Notes: generated by a model from the letters alone, not told the origin. 64,000 bases of DNA from Candidatus Sumerlaeaceae bacterium (GCA_051003195.1 JBPCLP010000047.1:64001-128000); one strand, 5' to 3'; shown: positions 54,971-64,000, numbered from the stretch's first letter. Numbers and translations are program-made.

Positions 54971-56488
54971 CTGAAATCCATCGTTTCTAAACTTACCTCA
55001 AAAATAATTCCCAGCTCCAGGCTTGGGCGTAACTCGATCATGTTGATCGGTGCCGAATTCGTCGGCCGGGCGATTAACATGGTCGTCTCCATCCTGATGC
55101 GGCGCTGGCTGCTTCCCGAACGCATGGGCGTCATGGGAACCATCACGTCCTACGGTGTCATCCCCGCCATCGTCGCAGAAGCCGGCATGACCCGCGCCAC
55201 AATCCAGCAGATCGCCCGAAGCGAACCCGAAGCCTTGCCCCTGCTCATCGGGCACATGGCCGCCACACGCCTCGCCACCAATTTTATCTACCTGCTTCTC
55301 ACGTGGACATCGCTCCTGCTGCCTTTTAACGACAAGTTGGCCTCGCAGGAAAAATGGTTTATTGTGATCTGGTCCTGCAGCATGGTCTTTCAATCGTTCC
55401 GACGCAATGCGGAAGCTGCGTTTCTTGCCACGGAAAAACTCCGCTACCAGTCACTGCTTGTAATTGTAAACCGTCTTGTCTCCGGCGCGCTGGTACTCGG
55501 CGTCATCCACTGGAACCGTCAATCACTCCATATCCCGCAGGGAGCACCGGGCTGGTACAGCATCATGGGATTCGTCTTTGGCGCATACCTTGTTGCAGAC
55601 CTCTTCGACTGGCTCCTGTCATGGATCGTCCTTCGCAAAAGCATCACGAACCCGGTCTTCAACTTCGATTGGCGTCCCAAGCTCCAACTGTTGATTGTGG
55701 GCTGGCCATTTGCGCTGCAGATGCTCGCCGGCCAGATCTATTTCTTTATCGATGTACCGCTGATCCGGTATTTATATAAGCGACCTGAAGCCGAGGTTTT
55801 GCGCGAAATCGGCGATTACGGTACCGCGTACAATATGATACTCGTGCTCATCTCGATTCCAATTAATCTGTCCTATACACTCTTTCCGCAAATGTCCCGC
55901 GCCTTCCACACCGGCGACCAAAGCCGTCTCTACTCGCTTTTTGGTTACAGCCTTCAACTAATGATTCTCGCAGGCACTCCAATCGCCCTCGCGTTCTTTC
56001 TGTTTCGCTCGGAATTTATCACGATAGTTTATGGGCCTTCGTACCTCCATGCCATACCCATGATGGCGGTGCTCGCCTGGACACTCCCCCTTGCGTTCGT
56101 GAACGCCACAATCAGCAACCTCATGGCAGCCTCTGATAAGCAGAACTTCGTAAACATTGCCATGATCACCGCGGCAGCCTTTAATGTGATCGTAAACGTG
56201 ATGGTCATTCCCGTGCACGGCGCAGTCGGCTCCAGCTTCGTTACACTTGCGACAGAGGCCGTCATGCTCCTGGTGCAGGTGATCTGCGTTCTCGCATTCC
56301 ATCGAGCAGCGTTTCACATGCGCAAAATCAGCCCCATGCTCATGTTCCAGCTGGCCTCCTTCTTCCTCTTTCTGTATGTGCAACACTTGCCAATAACAGT
56401 CAGGGTCATTGCATATCTGGTTTATGCAGTAGCCTGTGTGTTGTGGGGCCGCAAAATGGTGCTGGCACGCCGCTTTCAAACTGCGTAA
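54971..56488 (+). CDS. Wzx-type oligosaccharide flippase (MOP superfamily)
   Basis: About 14 TMs; GDYGTAY, LFPQMS, NVIVN..VIP.HG.VG motifs. The RLGRNS motif upstream of ATG 55040 suggests an earlier start, possibly CTG 54971. Confidence 0.88.
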   Translation: MKSIVSKLTSKIIPSSRLGRNSIMLIGAEFVGRAINMVVSILMRRWLLPERMGVMGTITSYGVIPAIVAEAGMTRATIQQIARSEPEALPLLIGHMAATRLATNFIYLLLTWTSLLLPFNDKLASQEKWFIVIWSCSMVFQSFRRNAEAAFLATEKLRYQSLLVIVNRLVSGALVLGVIHWNRQSLHIPQGAPGWYSIMGFVFGAYLVADLFDWLLSWIVLRKSITNPVFNFDWRPKLQLLIVGWPFALQMLAGQIYFFIDVPLIRYLYKRPEAEVLREIGDYGTAYNMILVLISIPINLSYTLFPQMSRAFHTGDQSRLYSLFGYSLQLMILAGTPIALAFFLFRSEFITIVYGPSYLHAIPMMAVLAWTLPLAFVNATISNLMAASDKQNFVNIAMITAAAFNVIVNVMVIPVHGAVGSSFVTLATEAVMLLVQVICVLAFHRAAFHMRKISPMLMFQLASFFLFLYVQHLPITVRVIAYLVYAVACVLWGRKMVLARRFQTA

Positions 56489-56577
56489 GTATTTAAGGAA
56501 CAGCAGTTTCTGCTTTACTTGCATCTCGCCTCACGTCACCAACACGCGCATAAGATGCATTGAGGAAGGATGGTCTC

Positions 56578-56868
56578 ATGAAGCTCAGTTTCAAGCTCTT
56601 CTTAACCGCTGCCGTTGCGGTCGCGCTGTTTGCCACGCCGTCAGCCGTGCAGGCCCATGGCTATGATACAGATGATGACGGACATCCACTCCGGTATTTC
56701 GCCTATCCGATCCATGCGATGGGTGTCGGCCTCGAGTACGCTGTTACCCGCCCGCTCCATTATGTTGCCTCGCAATGCAAGGTACGGCGAATTGTTGGCC
56801 ATGTATCGCATCCGAAAACCGACAACTACTGGGGCGACTGGGACCAGTATCAGCGCTACAGCTACTAA
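56578..56868 (+). CDS. Small secreted hypothetical protein (HPLR..AY..H..G....RP.H motif)
   Basis: GAGGAAGGA RBS, signal peptide ending VQA and its own terminator. Confidence 0.8.
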   Translation: MKLSFKLFLTAAVAVALFATPSAVQAHGYDTDDDGHPLRYFAYPIHAMGVGLEYAVTRPLHYVASQCKVRRIVGHVSHPKTDNYWGDWDQYQRYSY

Positions 56869-56892
56869 CACCAGCTATAACAAAAAGCTTTT

Positions 56893-56925
56893 GACGGCGG
56901 AATCCATGATTCCGCCGTTTCTATT
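56893..56925 (+). terminator. Intrinsic terminator-like hairpin
   Basis: Perfect 11-bp stem ACGGCGGAATC-CAT-GATTCCGCCGT followed by TTCTATT. Confidence 0.75.
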
Positions 56926-56963
56926 GTAGCCTGAATCAATTTACAGACGGAGAACCAAATTAC

Positions 56964-57164
56964 ATGGCACAGCCGCGGGAACAGGAGTTGAGCAGCCGGC
57001 GGGGCGGCAACAAGAACAGCCCTCTGCATTTCCTGCATTTGCTGGTATCTACGCTCCTCCTGGTTACGGCCGCCGTGCTTTTAATTCGAGAGCAGAATTT
57101 GTTGGGTACAGGCGCGATGCTGCTCGGCGGCATTGTCGCTTTTCTGAATTTTCGCCACCGCTGA
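56964..57164 (+). CDS. Small two-TM membrane protein (66 aa)
   Basis: GGAG RBS, two hydrophobic segments; fills the gap before cysS. Confidence 0.6.
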   Translation: MAQPREQELSSRRGGNKNSPLHFLHLLVSTLLLVTAAVLLIREQNLLGTGAMLLGGIVAFLNFRHR

Positions 57165-57270
57165 CCAATTTGTTGGCAGTCTCCGCACCTCACACGATTG
57201 CGCATGCTGACGCCGCAGCGGTTCTTTTCGCTTGGCACCTCATCCTATGGTCTCGGAAGTTCCCGGTCTC

Positions 57271-58701
57271 ATGAGTGTTAGAATATACAATACTGCCACG
57301 CGCTCTAAGGAAGAATTTCTCCCGCAGCAGCCGCCCCATGTATCCATGTACAACTGTGGCCCGACGGTTTACGACTACTTCCATGTGGGAAACGCGCGGA
57401 ATTTCGTGGTCGTGGATGCGATCCGACGGCACCTCGAGTACCGCGGATTCAAAGTAAAGTTTGTCCAGAATTTCACCGATGTGGATGACAAGATCATCAA
57501 ACGCGCCCACGAGAGCGGCGACGCATGGGACGCACTGGCTAAACGCTTTACAGAAGCCTACTTTCGAAATGCGGACGCGCTCGCGGTGCGCCGTGCTGAT
57601 GTGCATCCATGCGCCACGCAGCACATTCCCCAGCAGATCCAGCTTGTTCAGAAGCTCATTGAGCGCGGCCTTGCCTACGAAAAGGGCGGCGACGTTTACT
57701 TTCGTGTACGTGCGTTTGACGGATACGGTAAGCTTTCCGGCAAAGACATCGATGACCTGCAGGAAGGCGCGCGCGTCAGCGTCGGGGAGCAAAAGGACGA
57801 CGCTCTGGATTTCGCGCTGTGGAAAACCGCGAAGCCCGGCGAGCCATTCTGGGAAAGTCCCTGGGGGCAGGGCCGTCCGGGCTGGCACCTTGAGTGCAGC
57901 GCCATGAGCATGGAACACCTCGGCGAGACCATCGACATCCACAGCGGCGGCGCCGATCTCATATTTCCCCATCACGAAAACGAGCGCGCACAGTCGATGG
58001 GCGCGACCGGAAAGCCTTTCGTGAAATACTGGCTGCACAATGGCTTCCTCACCATCGACAAGCAGAAGATGTCGAAGTCGCTTGGCAATTTCTTCACCAT
58101 CGACCAGGTCCTGGAACATTACGACCCGGCTGCCGTGCGTTTTTATCTGCTCTCCGCGCACTACCGACACCCCCTCGACTATAGCGAAGTTGCCCTTGAA
58201 GAGGCTAAGAGCGCTACCGCACGCATCCGCGAAGCTGTTGTTACCGCGGAGAAATTGCTCGGCTCGAGTCACTCCACCGCCGCGACACTGCCCGTGCAGG
58301 AACAGGTTTCCGTGGCCGAAACAAACTTCGACGAAGCGATGGACGACGACTTCAATACGCAGCGTGCGCTTGGCAGTATCTTTGAGCTCGTGACTCTATT
58401 AAATGATGCACGCCAGCGAATCGCGTCCGATGATTACGCGCGTGGTACGGCCGTCTCTGTCATTGCGACGATCCATAAATTACTGGTTCGACTCGGCCTG
58501 GACGAACTGATGTTCCAGACTGCCGACGCTGGCGCCACAAGCGACCTGGCCGAAAATCTTGTCCAGTTGCTGATTCGTACCCGGCAGCTTGCGAAAGAGA
58601 ATAAGCAGTATAAAATTGCCGATACAGTTCGTGACGAACTCGCTGCACTGGGAATCCGGTTACAGGATCATCCAACCGGAACGATCTGGCTCAAAGACTA
58701 G
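57271..58701 (+). CDS. cysS: Cysteine--tRNA ligase
   Basis: YNCGPTVY..HVGN (HIGH-like), GRPGWHLECSAM, DIHSGG.DL.FPHHENE and KMSKS motifs; start at ATG 57271. Confidence 0.98.
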   Translation: MSVRIYNTATRSKEEFLPQQPPHVSMYNCGPTVYDYFHVGNARNFVVVDAIRRHLEYRGFKVKFVQNFTDVDDKIIKRAHESGDAWDALAKRFTEAYFRNADALAVRRADVHPCATQHIPQQIQLVQKLIERGLAYEKGGDVYFRVRAFDGYGKLSGKDIDDLQEGARVSVGEQKDDALDFALWKTAKPGEPFWESPWGQGRPGWHLECSAMSMEHLGETIDIHSGGADLIFPHHENERAQSMGATGKPFVKYWLHNGFLTIDKQKMSKSLGNFFTIDQVLEHYDPAAVRFYLLSAHYRHPLDYSEVALEEAKSATARIREAVVTAEKLLGSSHSTAATLPVQEQVSVAETNFDEAMDDDFNTQRALGSIFELVTLLNDARQRIASDDYARGTAVSVIATIHKLLVRLGLDELMFQTADAGATSDLAENLVQLLIRTRQLAKENKQYKIADTVRDELAALGIRLQDHPTGTIWLKD

Positions 58702-58792
58702 CGTCCCAGAAGTTCATAGCTATACTTCAGGGAGCTTTCGAGCTCGGACGGCACACAAAACCAGGGAACGAATTAATGGAACACTACACCAG
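58698..58792 (-). mobile_element. MITE-like element copy 4 (subfamily A), reverse orientation, 5-bp deletion in the right end
   Basis: Begins at the CTAG containing the cysS stop; matches the reverse complement of 50173-50272 with about 10 substitutions and loss of TGTGC. Confidence 0.75.
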
Positions 58793-58799
58793 TGTTTCG

Positions 58800-60251
58800 C
58801 TACACATCAGACCCACTCGTATCGTCACGTTCTCCAAATAGCTGGTACCGCACCATCTTGTTGTGCAGGCTCTTCCTCGAAATCCCAAGCAGGTCAGCCG
58901 TGGCCTGCCTGTGGTGCTTCGCCTTCTCCAGGGCTGCCGCAATGATTCGCCGCTCCAACTGCTCACTTAGCTGCTCGACTTTTTGTTGAAGCGGAACGGA
59001 GAAATCTTCAAGCACGTCATCGACCGGCCGCGATGTGGCCGTCCATGTTTCCTGCGAGACGGGTACCGTCGCCTGGCCGGAAGTTACATTCGGTGGTAAA
59101 TCCTCTTTCCGTAAAACGGTGCCCGATGACATGACCATTGCGCGCTGCACCACGTTCTCCAGCTCGCGTACATTACCCGGCCATGGATAGTGCGTTATCG
59201 ACTGCAGTGCATCGGAGGTAAGCCCCTGGATGTTTTTGTTCAGGCGCGGATTATACGCGCTGATGAAATGCTCGACCAGCTGTGGGATATCCGCCTGCCG
59301 TTTTCGAAGCGGAGGCAGATGAATCGGTAAAACGTTCAGGCGAAAGAACAGGTCCTCCCGAAAGGTCTTCTCCTCCACACACTTCTGCAAATGGCGGTTC
59401 GTCGCCGCAATCACACGCAAATCGACTTTTATGGGTTTCGATCCTCCCACCCGCATTATCTCGCGTTCTTGCAGCGCGCGCAGCAGCTTGCTTTGCAGAA
59501 GCAGTGGCATGTCCCCAATCTCGTCCAGGAAGATGCTGCCGCCATCCGCAGATTCAAATCGTCCCAGCTTCGTCGCGACCGCGCCCGTGAAGGCTCCGCG
59601 TTCGTGGCCAAACAATTCGCTTTCCAGTAGCGATTCCGGAATCGCCGCGCAGTTCACGCTCACGAACGGTTTCGATTTCCGCCGGGAATGATAGTGCACC
59701 GCCTGGGCAACAAGCTCCTTACCGGTCCCACTTTCGCCGGTAATCAGGACGGTCACTTCGTTAGTGACTACTTTCTCAATGAGCGAATACACGCTGCGCA
59801 TCGCGTCGCTCTGGCCAATGATGCGGTCGAATGACACGCGTTGCCGAAGACGGTCTTCCAGGTCGGAGATCTGCGTTAGCAGGTGCTGCTTCTCCAGCGC
59901 ACGTTTAACAACAATTCGCATTTCATCCAGTTCGAACGGCTTCGTAAAATAATCATACGCACCCTCACGCATTGCCGCCACGGCCACCTGGTGATTACCA
60001 TGCGCAGTCATCATCAGCACCACCAGGTTCGGTCGAGTCCGCCGAATCTCCCGCAAGGCTTCCATGCCATCCATTCCCGGCATCTTGATATCCATGATTA
60101 CCAGGTCTTGCTCGCCCTCACGCACAAGTTGCACTGCTTCTTCTCCGCTTGCGGCTGTTGATACTTCATAGCCTTCGCGCGACATTACCTCGCGTAGCAG
60201 AAAGCGCATGCTTTCCTCATCATCGACGACCAGGATTCGGGATACTTCCAA
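58800..60251 (-). CDS. Sigma54-dependent NtrC-family response regulator
   Basis: Receiver VVDDE..MDIKMPG; GESGTGKE, GAFTGA, FLDEIG, WPGNVREL and Fis-type HTH. Confidence 0.96.
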   Translation of the reverse strand: MEVSRILVVDDEESMRFLLREVMSREGYEVSTAASGEEAVQLVREGEQDLVIMDIKMPGMDGMEALREIRRTRPNLVVLMMTAHGNHQVAVAAMREGAYDYFTKPFELDEMRIVVKRALEKQHLLTQISDLEDRLRQRVSFDRIIGQSDAMRSVYSLIEKVVTNEVTVLITGESGTGKELVAQAVHYHSRRKSKPFVSVNCAAIPESLLESELFGHERGAFTGAVATKLGRFESADGGSIFLDEIGDMPLLLQSKLLRALQEREIMRVGGSKPIKVDLRVIAATNRHLQKCVEEKTFREDLFFRLNVLPIHLPPLRKRQADIPQLVEHFISAYNPRLNKNIQGLTSDALQSITHYPWPGNVRELENVVQRAMVMSSGTVLRKEDLPPNVTSGQATVPVSQETWTATSRPVDDVLEDFSVPLQQKVEQLSEQLERRIIAAALEKAKHHRQATADLLGISRKSLHNKMVRYQLFGERDDTSGSDV

Positions 60252-60325
60252 TTCAAAAACTCTCCGGCACTAAAGGTTGTGCGTATATGCAGCATCTAAT
60301 TCGCATGCACAACTCGAACATCGGC

Positions 60326-61855
60326 CTAATTACCATCTGCGGACCCCACGGGAAGCTTGATCACAAAGCAAACTTTGTTATCTTCGTTTCGCACGAGAAT
60401 CTCGCCTCCGTGATGCGTGATGACCTGGTAGGCGATCGACAGGCCGAGCCCACTACCACCCGGTCTTGTGCTGTAAAACGGCTCAAATACGTGGTCGATC
60501 TGATCCTCGGGAATTGCGGCTCCGGTATTCGCAACAAGGATTCGCAGCGGTAGCGCGTCTCCTTCTTCGTACTTTGTTTCAACTTCCACAACACCATGTT
60601 CTGGCGTGTGCTGAAGCGCGTTAATCAGGATATTAACAAGGGCCTGTGAAACTTTATCTTTTGAAAGCTGCGTAACGGGAAGCGTCTGGTAGTTCTCCGA
60701 AATTTGCACGCCATTTCTGAGAATGCTTTTCGGATTATTGCGCGCGAGAGCAACTGTGTCCGCACAAAGCCGCACAACATCGGTTGGCTCACGCTGTGCC
60801 GTCGGGTGCGAATACGCCTGCACCTCCCGCACAAGATCGTCCAGCCGGTTGACTTCCTTTACGATTACCCGCGCGTATTCGCCCGCGCGCGGCATGTCCT
60901 TTACGTCCTCCGCAAGCAACTGCGCGGTGCCCTTGATCGCGCCGAGCGGATTACGGATTTCATGCGCCAATCCGGTCGCAAAAGTCCCCATGGTCGCCAG
61001 CCGGTCCGCACGCTTCATCTGTTCGTAAAAGCGCTGCACGTCCTGCAGATCCCGGAAATTAATAATGACTCCGAAGACTTTGCCATCGCGGTCGCGCATT
61101 GGCGAACTGTTTACGCTGAAGCGGCGGGACTGCCCGTTCGCTGTGACCATAACTTCACGTCCGACGATCGCGTCGCCTTTCCACACTCCTTCTTCATAGA
61201 CGGCACGCAATTCTTCCAGGCCCTCCGCGTCCAGCAGCCGGCTCGCACTTTGCCCTTCCACCTGGTCCGCATGAAGACCCAGCATGCGCTCTGCGGCGGA
61301 GTTCACAGCCGTGACAGACCCCTTGAAGTCGGTCGTGATAAGCCCGCCCGAAAAACTCTCCAGTACGAAACGGTTTCGATTCTCGAAAAAGCTGTTCAGT
61401 GCCTCAACCATGTGATTAAATGAACTACCCAACACACCGACCTCATCGGTTCTTTGAACATCGACCTTGTGGCGCAGATCGCCCCCTGCGACCTTTTCGC
61501 TTAAAGCTATGATCCTTCTAATGGGAGCCGTAATCGAGTACGCGATCACAAATCCGATGATGGCTCCACCGAGATTGAAGATCAGTAAAAGTAAAAGCCA
61601 GTCGCTCGCGAACTCCTGCTGGCTTTTTGCCGCATGCTCACTTGTTGCCCCGGTTCCGAAATACGCATCAACAAGCCAGAAGTACACCCCTGCCATCACC
61701 GTCACCAGCAGCACAATCGTTACTGGCAGCGCGATCAACAGCCGCACTCTCGAATGAGACGGTGGGCTTTCCCGATTCGCCACCCGTAGCAGGTTCGCGG
61801 TGGAATCGGAGAGCGTGTCCGGCTGCTCGGTCCGATCCTGGTCTTCTTTGTTCAA
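60326..61855 (-). CDS. Sensor histidine kinase (2 TM, HAMP, PAS, HisKA, HATPase)
   Basis: DEVGVL..SFN.M HAMP, VNSAAERMLG PAS, AHEIRNPL H-box and FEPFYSTR..GSGLGL. Confidence 0.95.
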   Translation of the reverse strand: MNKEDQDRTEQPDTLSDSTANLLRVANRESPPSHSRVRLLIALPVTIVLLVTVMAGVYFWLVDAYFGTGATSEHAAKSQQEFASDWLLLLLIFNLGGAIIGFVIAYSITAPIRRIIALSEKVAGGDLRHKVDVQRTDEVGVLGSSFNHMVEALNSFFENRNRFVLESFSGGLITTDFKGSVTAVNSAAERMLGLHADQVEGQSASRLLDAEGLEELRAVYEEGVWKGDAIVGREVMVTANGQSRRFSVNSSPMRDRDGKVFGVIINFRDLQDVQRFYEQMKRADRLATMGTFATGLAHEIRNPLGAIKGTAQLLAEDVKDMPRAGEYARVIVKEVNRLDDLVREVQAYSHPTAQREPTDVVRLCADTVALARNNPKSILRNGVQISENYQTLPVTQLSKDKVSQALVNILINALQHTPEHGVVEVETKYEEGDALPLRILVANTGAAIPEDQIDHVFEPFYSTRPGGSGLGLSIAYQVITHHGGEILVRNEDNKVCFVIKLPVGSADGN

Positions 61856-61977
61856 GCCGGCAACTGCCCTTTCAAAGCATCAATTGACCTACGGATAAAA
61901 ACACGTGGAAATCGCAAAATCATCTGACATACCAATCTTCAGATGCTAGCATTAAGAACAGAGAGGGAACCCGGCGA

Positions 61978-62274
61978 TTGCCTGTCCATCTACACACGTT
62001 GCGTCTTGTAGTGATATGCTTCCCCATTCTGATTTGTTCGGGTTGCGATCAGAAGCCTGGTCAGGCAAAAACAAGCATCGGACCCGCCGTCACATCCGCT
62101 ACAGTCACCCGGCAAACCACCGACCCCGTTCGCACTTCACCCGGTGCCGCTCGTGATCTGCCGTTTTTTTCCGAGCGCTACATGCCCGTGGAGGACAGAC
62201 TTCTGCGCCGTCAGCAGCGGCTCATACAGGTGCTGAATAGCTCTACGACCGAGACTGTCGGTTTAAAACGATGA
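61978..62274 (+). CDS. Putative lipoprotein, hypothetical
   Basis: GAGGG RBS, TTG start, hydrophobic stretch ending in the lipobox-like CSGC. Confidence 0.55.
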   Translation: MPVHLHTLRLVVICFPILICSGCDQKPGQAKTSIGPAVTSATVTRQTTDPVRTSPGAARDLPFFSERYMPVEDRLLRRQQRLIQVLNSSTTETVGLKR

Positions 62275-62338
62275 TTCGCCCTCCAGCTTCGTATACCTCT
62301 GCTGGCAGGCATTTTCAAAAACCAGGAAAGAAAATAGG

Positions 62339-62884
62339 ATGAGAATTACAACGGCTGTGTTGGCTGCCATCAGCTTTATTGCATTCGCAGGATGTCAGCA
62401 GGAAGCAAAGCACGATCACAACGAGGAGGCACATGCCAGCAGCGCGCCTAAGGCGCCACCTTCTCCTGAACTCGCCAAAGTCGTGCTTGCCTCAGGTGCG
62501 CCGCAGCAGACCATCGGCGTTGCCCAGGCAAAGAAGGAGATCAAGGATGGCGATCCGATCGCATTGGTCGGGCGCGTTAAGGACTTTGTCGAGGGCCAGG
62601 CCGTCTTTACCGTCATGGATAGCAAGATCCCGTCATGTAGCGACAACCCTGGCGATAAGTGCCCCACACCATGGGATTATTGCTGCGAGACAAAAGAAAC
62701 GGTCACGGTTAATAGCGCCACAGTGAAAATTGTCGGCGATGGGACTGCGGCGCTGAAAGGCAATTTGCACGGCGTAAACAGCATCGACCACCTCACGACC
62801 GTAGTGGCCGAGGGCAAGGCCCAGCGAGACCCGGCCGGAAACCTCACAGTATTGGCGAATCGAGTTTATCTCACGCCATCCTGA
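62339..62884 (+). CDS. Lipoprotein with probable OB fold and CxxxxxxxCPTPWDYCC cluster
   Basis: Lipobox FAGC, His-rich N-terminus, beta-strand pattern (IALVGRV, FTVMD, VVAEG). Confidence 0.8.
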   Translation: MRITTAVLAAISFIAFAGCQQEAKHDHNEEAHASSAPKAPPSPELAKVVLASGAPQQTIGVAQAKKEIKDGDPIALVGRVKDFVEGQAVFTVMDSKIPSCSDNPGDKCPTPWDYCCETKETVTVNSATVKIVGDGTAALKGNLHGVNSIDHLTTVVAEGKAQRDPAGNLTVLANRVYLTPS

Positions 62885-62891
62885 GCCGCCG

Positions 62892-63635
62892 TCATTTCTT
62901 CTTCCGCAGCTCCGCACGTTTCGCTTTTTCGCGGGCGTCCTGCTGCTGTTCCTCACGCACCTGCGCGTCGCCCGAAAGTGTTTCGGGTCTACCGAGGAAG
63001 TGCGGCTGCTTGTTAAAAACATAGACGTCCAGCACCGCAATCGCACGGGCATAGAACTCCCGGATGCGAACACGCTTTACCGATACTCCGCTGTATTTGG
63101 ACTTGTCCGCAATCATGCCGTCTGCTTTAACGCCTAGCTTATCTGCAAGGAACAGGCATCGCGGCAAATGGAACTGCTGCGTCACAACGACCAGGTCTTG
63201 CAGTCCCCAAACCTCCTTTGCGCGGTAGATCGAGTCGTAAGTCCGAAATCCTGCAAAATCGCGCACAACGTCATTAGACGGAACTCCAAGCTCCAAAGCC
63301 CTTTTACGCATCGCACTTACTTCGTCGTAATATCGCTCGCTGTTGTCGCCACTCATCAACAGCTTGTTTACCTTGCCGGCTTTATACAGCTCCACCGCGC
63401 GATAAACACGGTCGTCCAGCATTGCAGATAGCCTGCCACCGGGGTAAATACGCGCGCCGGGTACCAGTGCCACCTGGCGCTGCGGCACATCCTCAATGCT
63501 GCGATGCATACGCGCGCCCGCGCGTGCCACCATCCACTGGTCAATACCAATAAGAGTCAGCACCGGCAGTAGGAGTATCAGCGCCACAACAATGCCTGTC
63601 ACCAGCAAAACCTTCTTCCAGCGTACTCGCTTCAC
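62892..63635 (-). CDS. SanA/YdcF (DUF218) family protein
   Basis: VPGA, LLMSGDN..YDEV.AM, DFAGFRTYDS, VTQQFHLPR and IRE..AR motifs; GTG 63635 overlaps the pdxJ stop. Confidence 0.92.
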   Translation of the reverse strand: MKRVRWKKVLLVTGIVVALILLLPVLTLIGIDQWMVARAGARMHRSIEDVPQRQVALVPGARIYPGGRLSAMLDDRVYRAVELYKAGKVNKLLMSGDNSERYYDEVSAMRKRALELGVPSNDVVRDFAGFRTYDSIYRAKEVWGLQDLVVVTQQFHLPRCLFLADKLGVKADGMIADKSKYSGVSVKRVRIREFYARAIAVLDVYVFNKQPHFLGRPETLSGDAQVREEQQQDAREKAKRAELRKKK

Positions 63636-64000
63636 GCGCAGAAAAATTCGTGAATCTGTTGCGGCGAATGATGGCGTGCCAGCAGCTCCGCTTGAGCAAT
63701 TGCCTGCACCATCTCGCAAGTTGCGCGTTCAAAACCCACCAGTACCGCATGCGAAACAATGGAGTGCCCGATGTGCAGCTCTCGAACACCTGAAATCGCG
63801 GCGACTGGCATTACGTTACGAAGGTTCAATCCATGACCCGCATTCACACTTTGGCCATTGGTGATCGCGTGCAGCGCCGCGCTCTCCAGTTTTTGCAGCT
63901 CAATGCTCCGCTGCACACTGGTGCTCGCATTCGCGTAGGCCCCGGTGTGCAGCTCCAGAACGTCCGCTCCGCACTCGCGCACCGCGTCAACCTGCGCGTG
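63632..64000 (-). CDS. pdxJ: Pyridoxine 5'-phosphate synthase, 3' part (5' end outside the window)
   Basis: ELHTGAYA, VNAGHGL..RNV and ELHIGHSIV..AV.VG motifs. Confidence 0.93.
   Translation of the reverse strand, partial: HAQVDAVRECGADVLELHTGAYANASTSVQRSIELQKLESAALHAITNGQSVNAGHGLNLRNVMPVAAISGVRELHIGHSIVSHAVLVGFERATCEMVQAIAQAELLARHHSPQQIHEFFCA

Noticed and set aside
56463..56478. Sigma54 promoter-like TGGCACGCCGCTTTCA (similar at about 49874 and 62303)
   Set aside because: The -12 GC is missing or the spacing is wrong, and the first lies inside a CDS.
57165..57270. T-box or riboswitch upstream of cysS
   Set aside because: Too short, with no T-box consensus or terminator/antiterminator.

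Overview
A gene-dense, moderately GC-rich chromosomal window with about 45 CDSs. I found no rRNA, tRNA, CRISPR array, prophage or intact transposase. The pseudopilin type and the C-terminal motif of a secreted enzyme suggest Candidatus Sumerlaeota (BRC1), but this is an inference from recalled patterns. Housekeeping genes include a DEAD-box helicase, pepA, plsC, comEA, a NifU-domain protein, iscS, iscA, a cold-shock protein, an rlmI-like methyltransferase, cysS and partial pdxJ. Envelope and glycan genes include three GT4 enzymes, two GT-C enzymes, a Wzx flippase, SDR and Gfo oxidoreductases and a SanA-like protein. Secreted proteins include an M1 peptidase, GH106, a clan-A glycoside hydrolase, a CE7 esterase and a thioester-type alpha-2-macroglobulin. 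There are also two two-component systems and a DUF485/ActP-type symporter pair. The strongest hidden signal is a family of four ~100-bp intergenic elements (33037-33135, 50173-50272, 50269-50368, 58698-58792). They are bounded by CTAG-like tetranucleotides, carry ~31-bp imperfect terminal inverted repeats and look like IS630-type MITEs. Each also has an internal copy of its own right end that co-varies with that end between subfamilies. Other notable observations: a probable CTG start codon forced by sequence context, a deletion-fused antitoxin/nucleotidyltransferase remnant, a JAB-DinG fusion with a Cys-to-Ser change at an Fe-S ligand, an SDR-Gfo fusion, and a recurrent [ST][ST]x[ST][AVLI] motif in exported proteins. 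All calls come from reading the sequence by eye; no searches were run.
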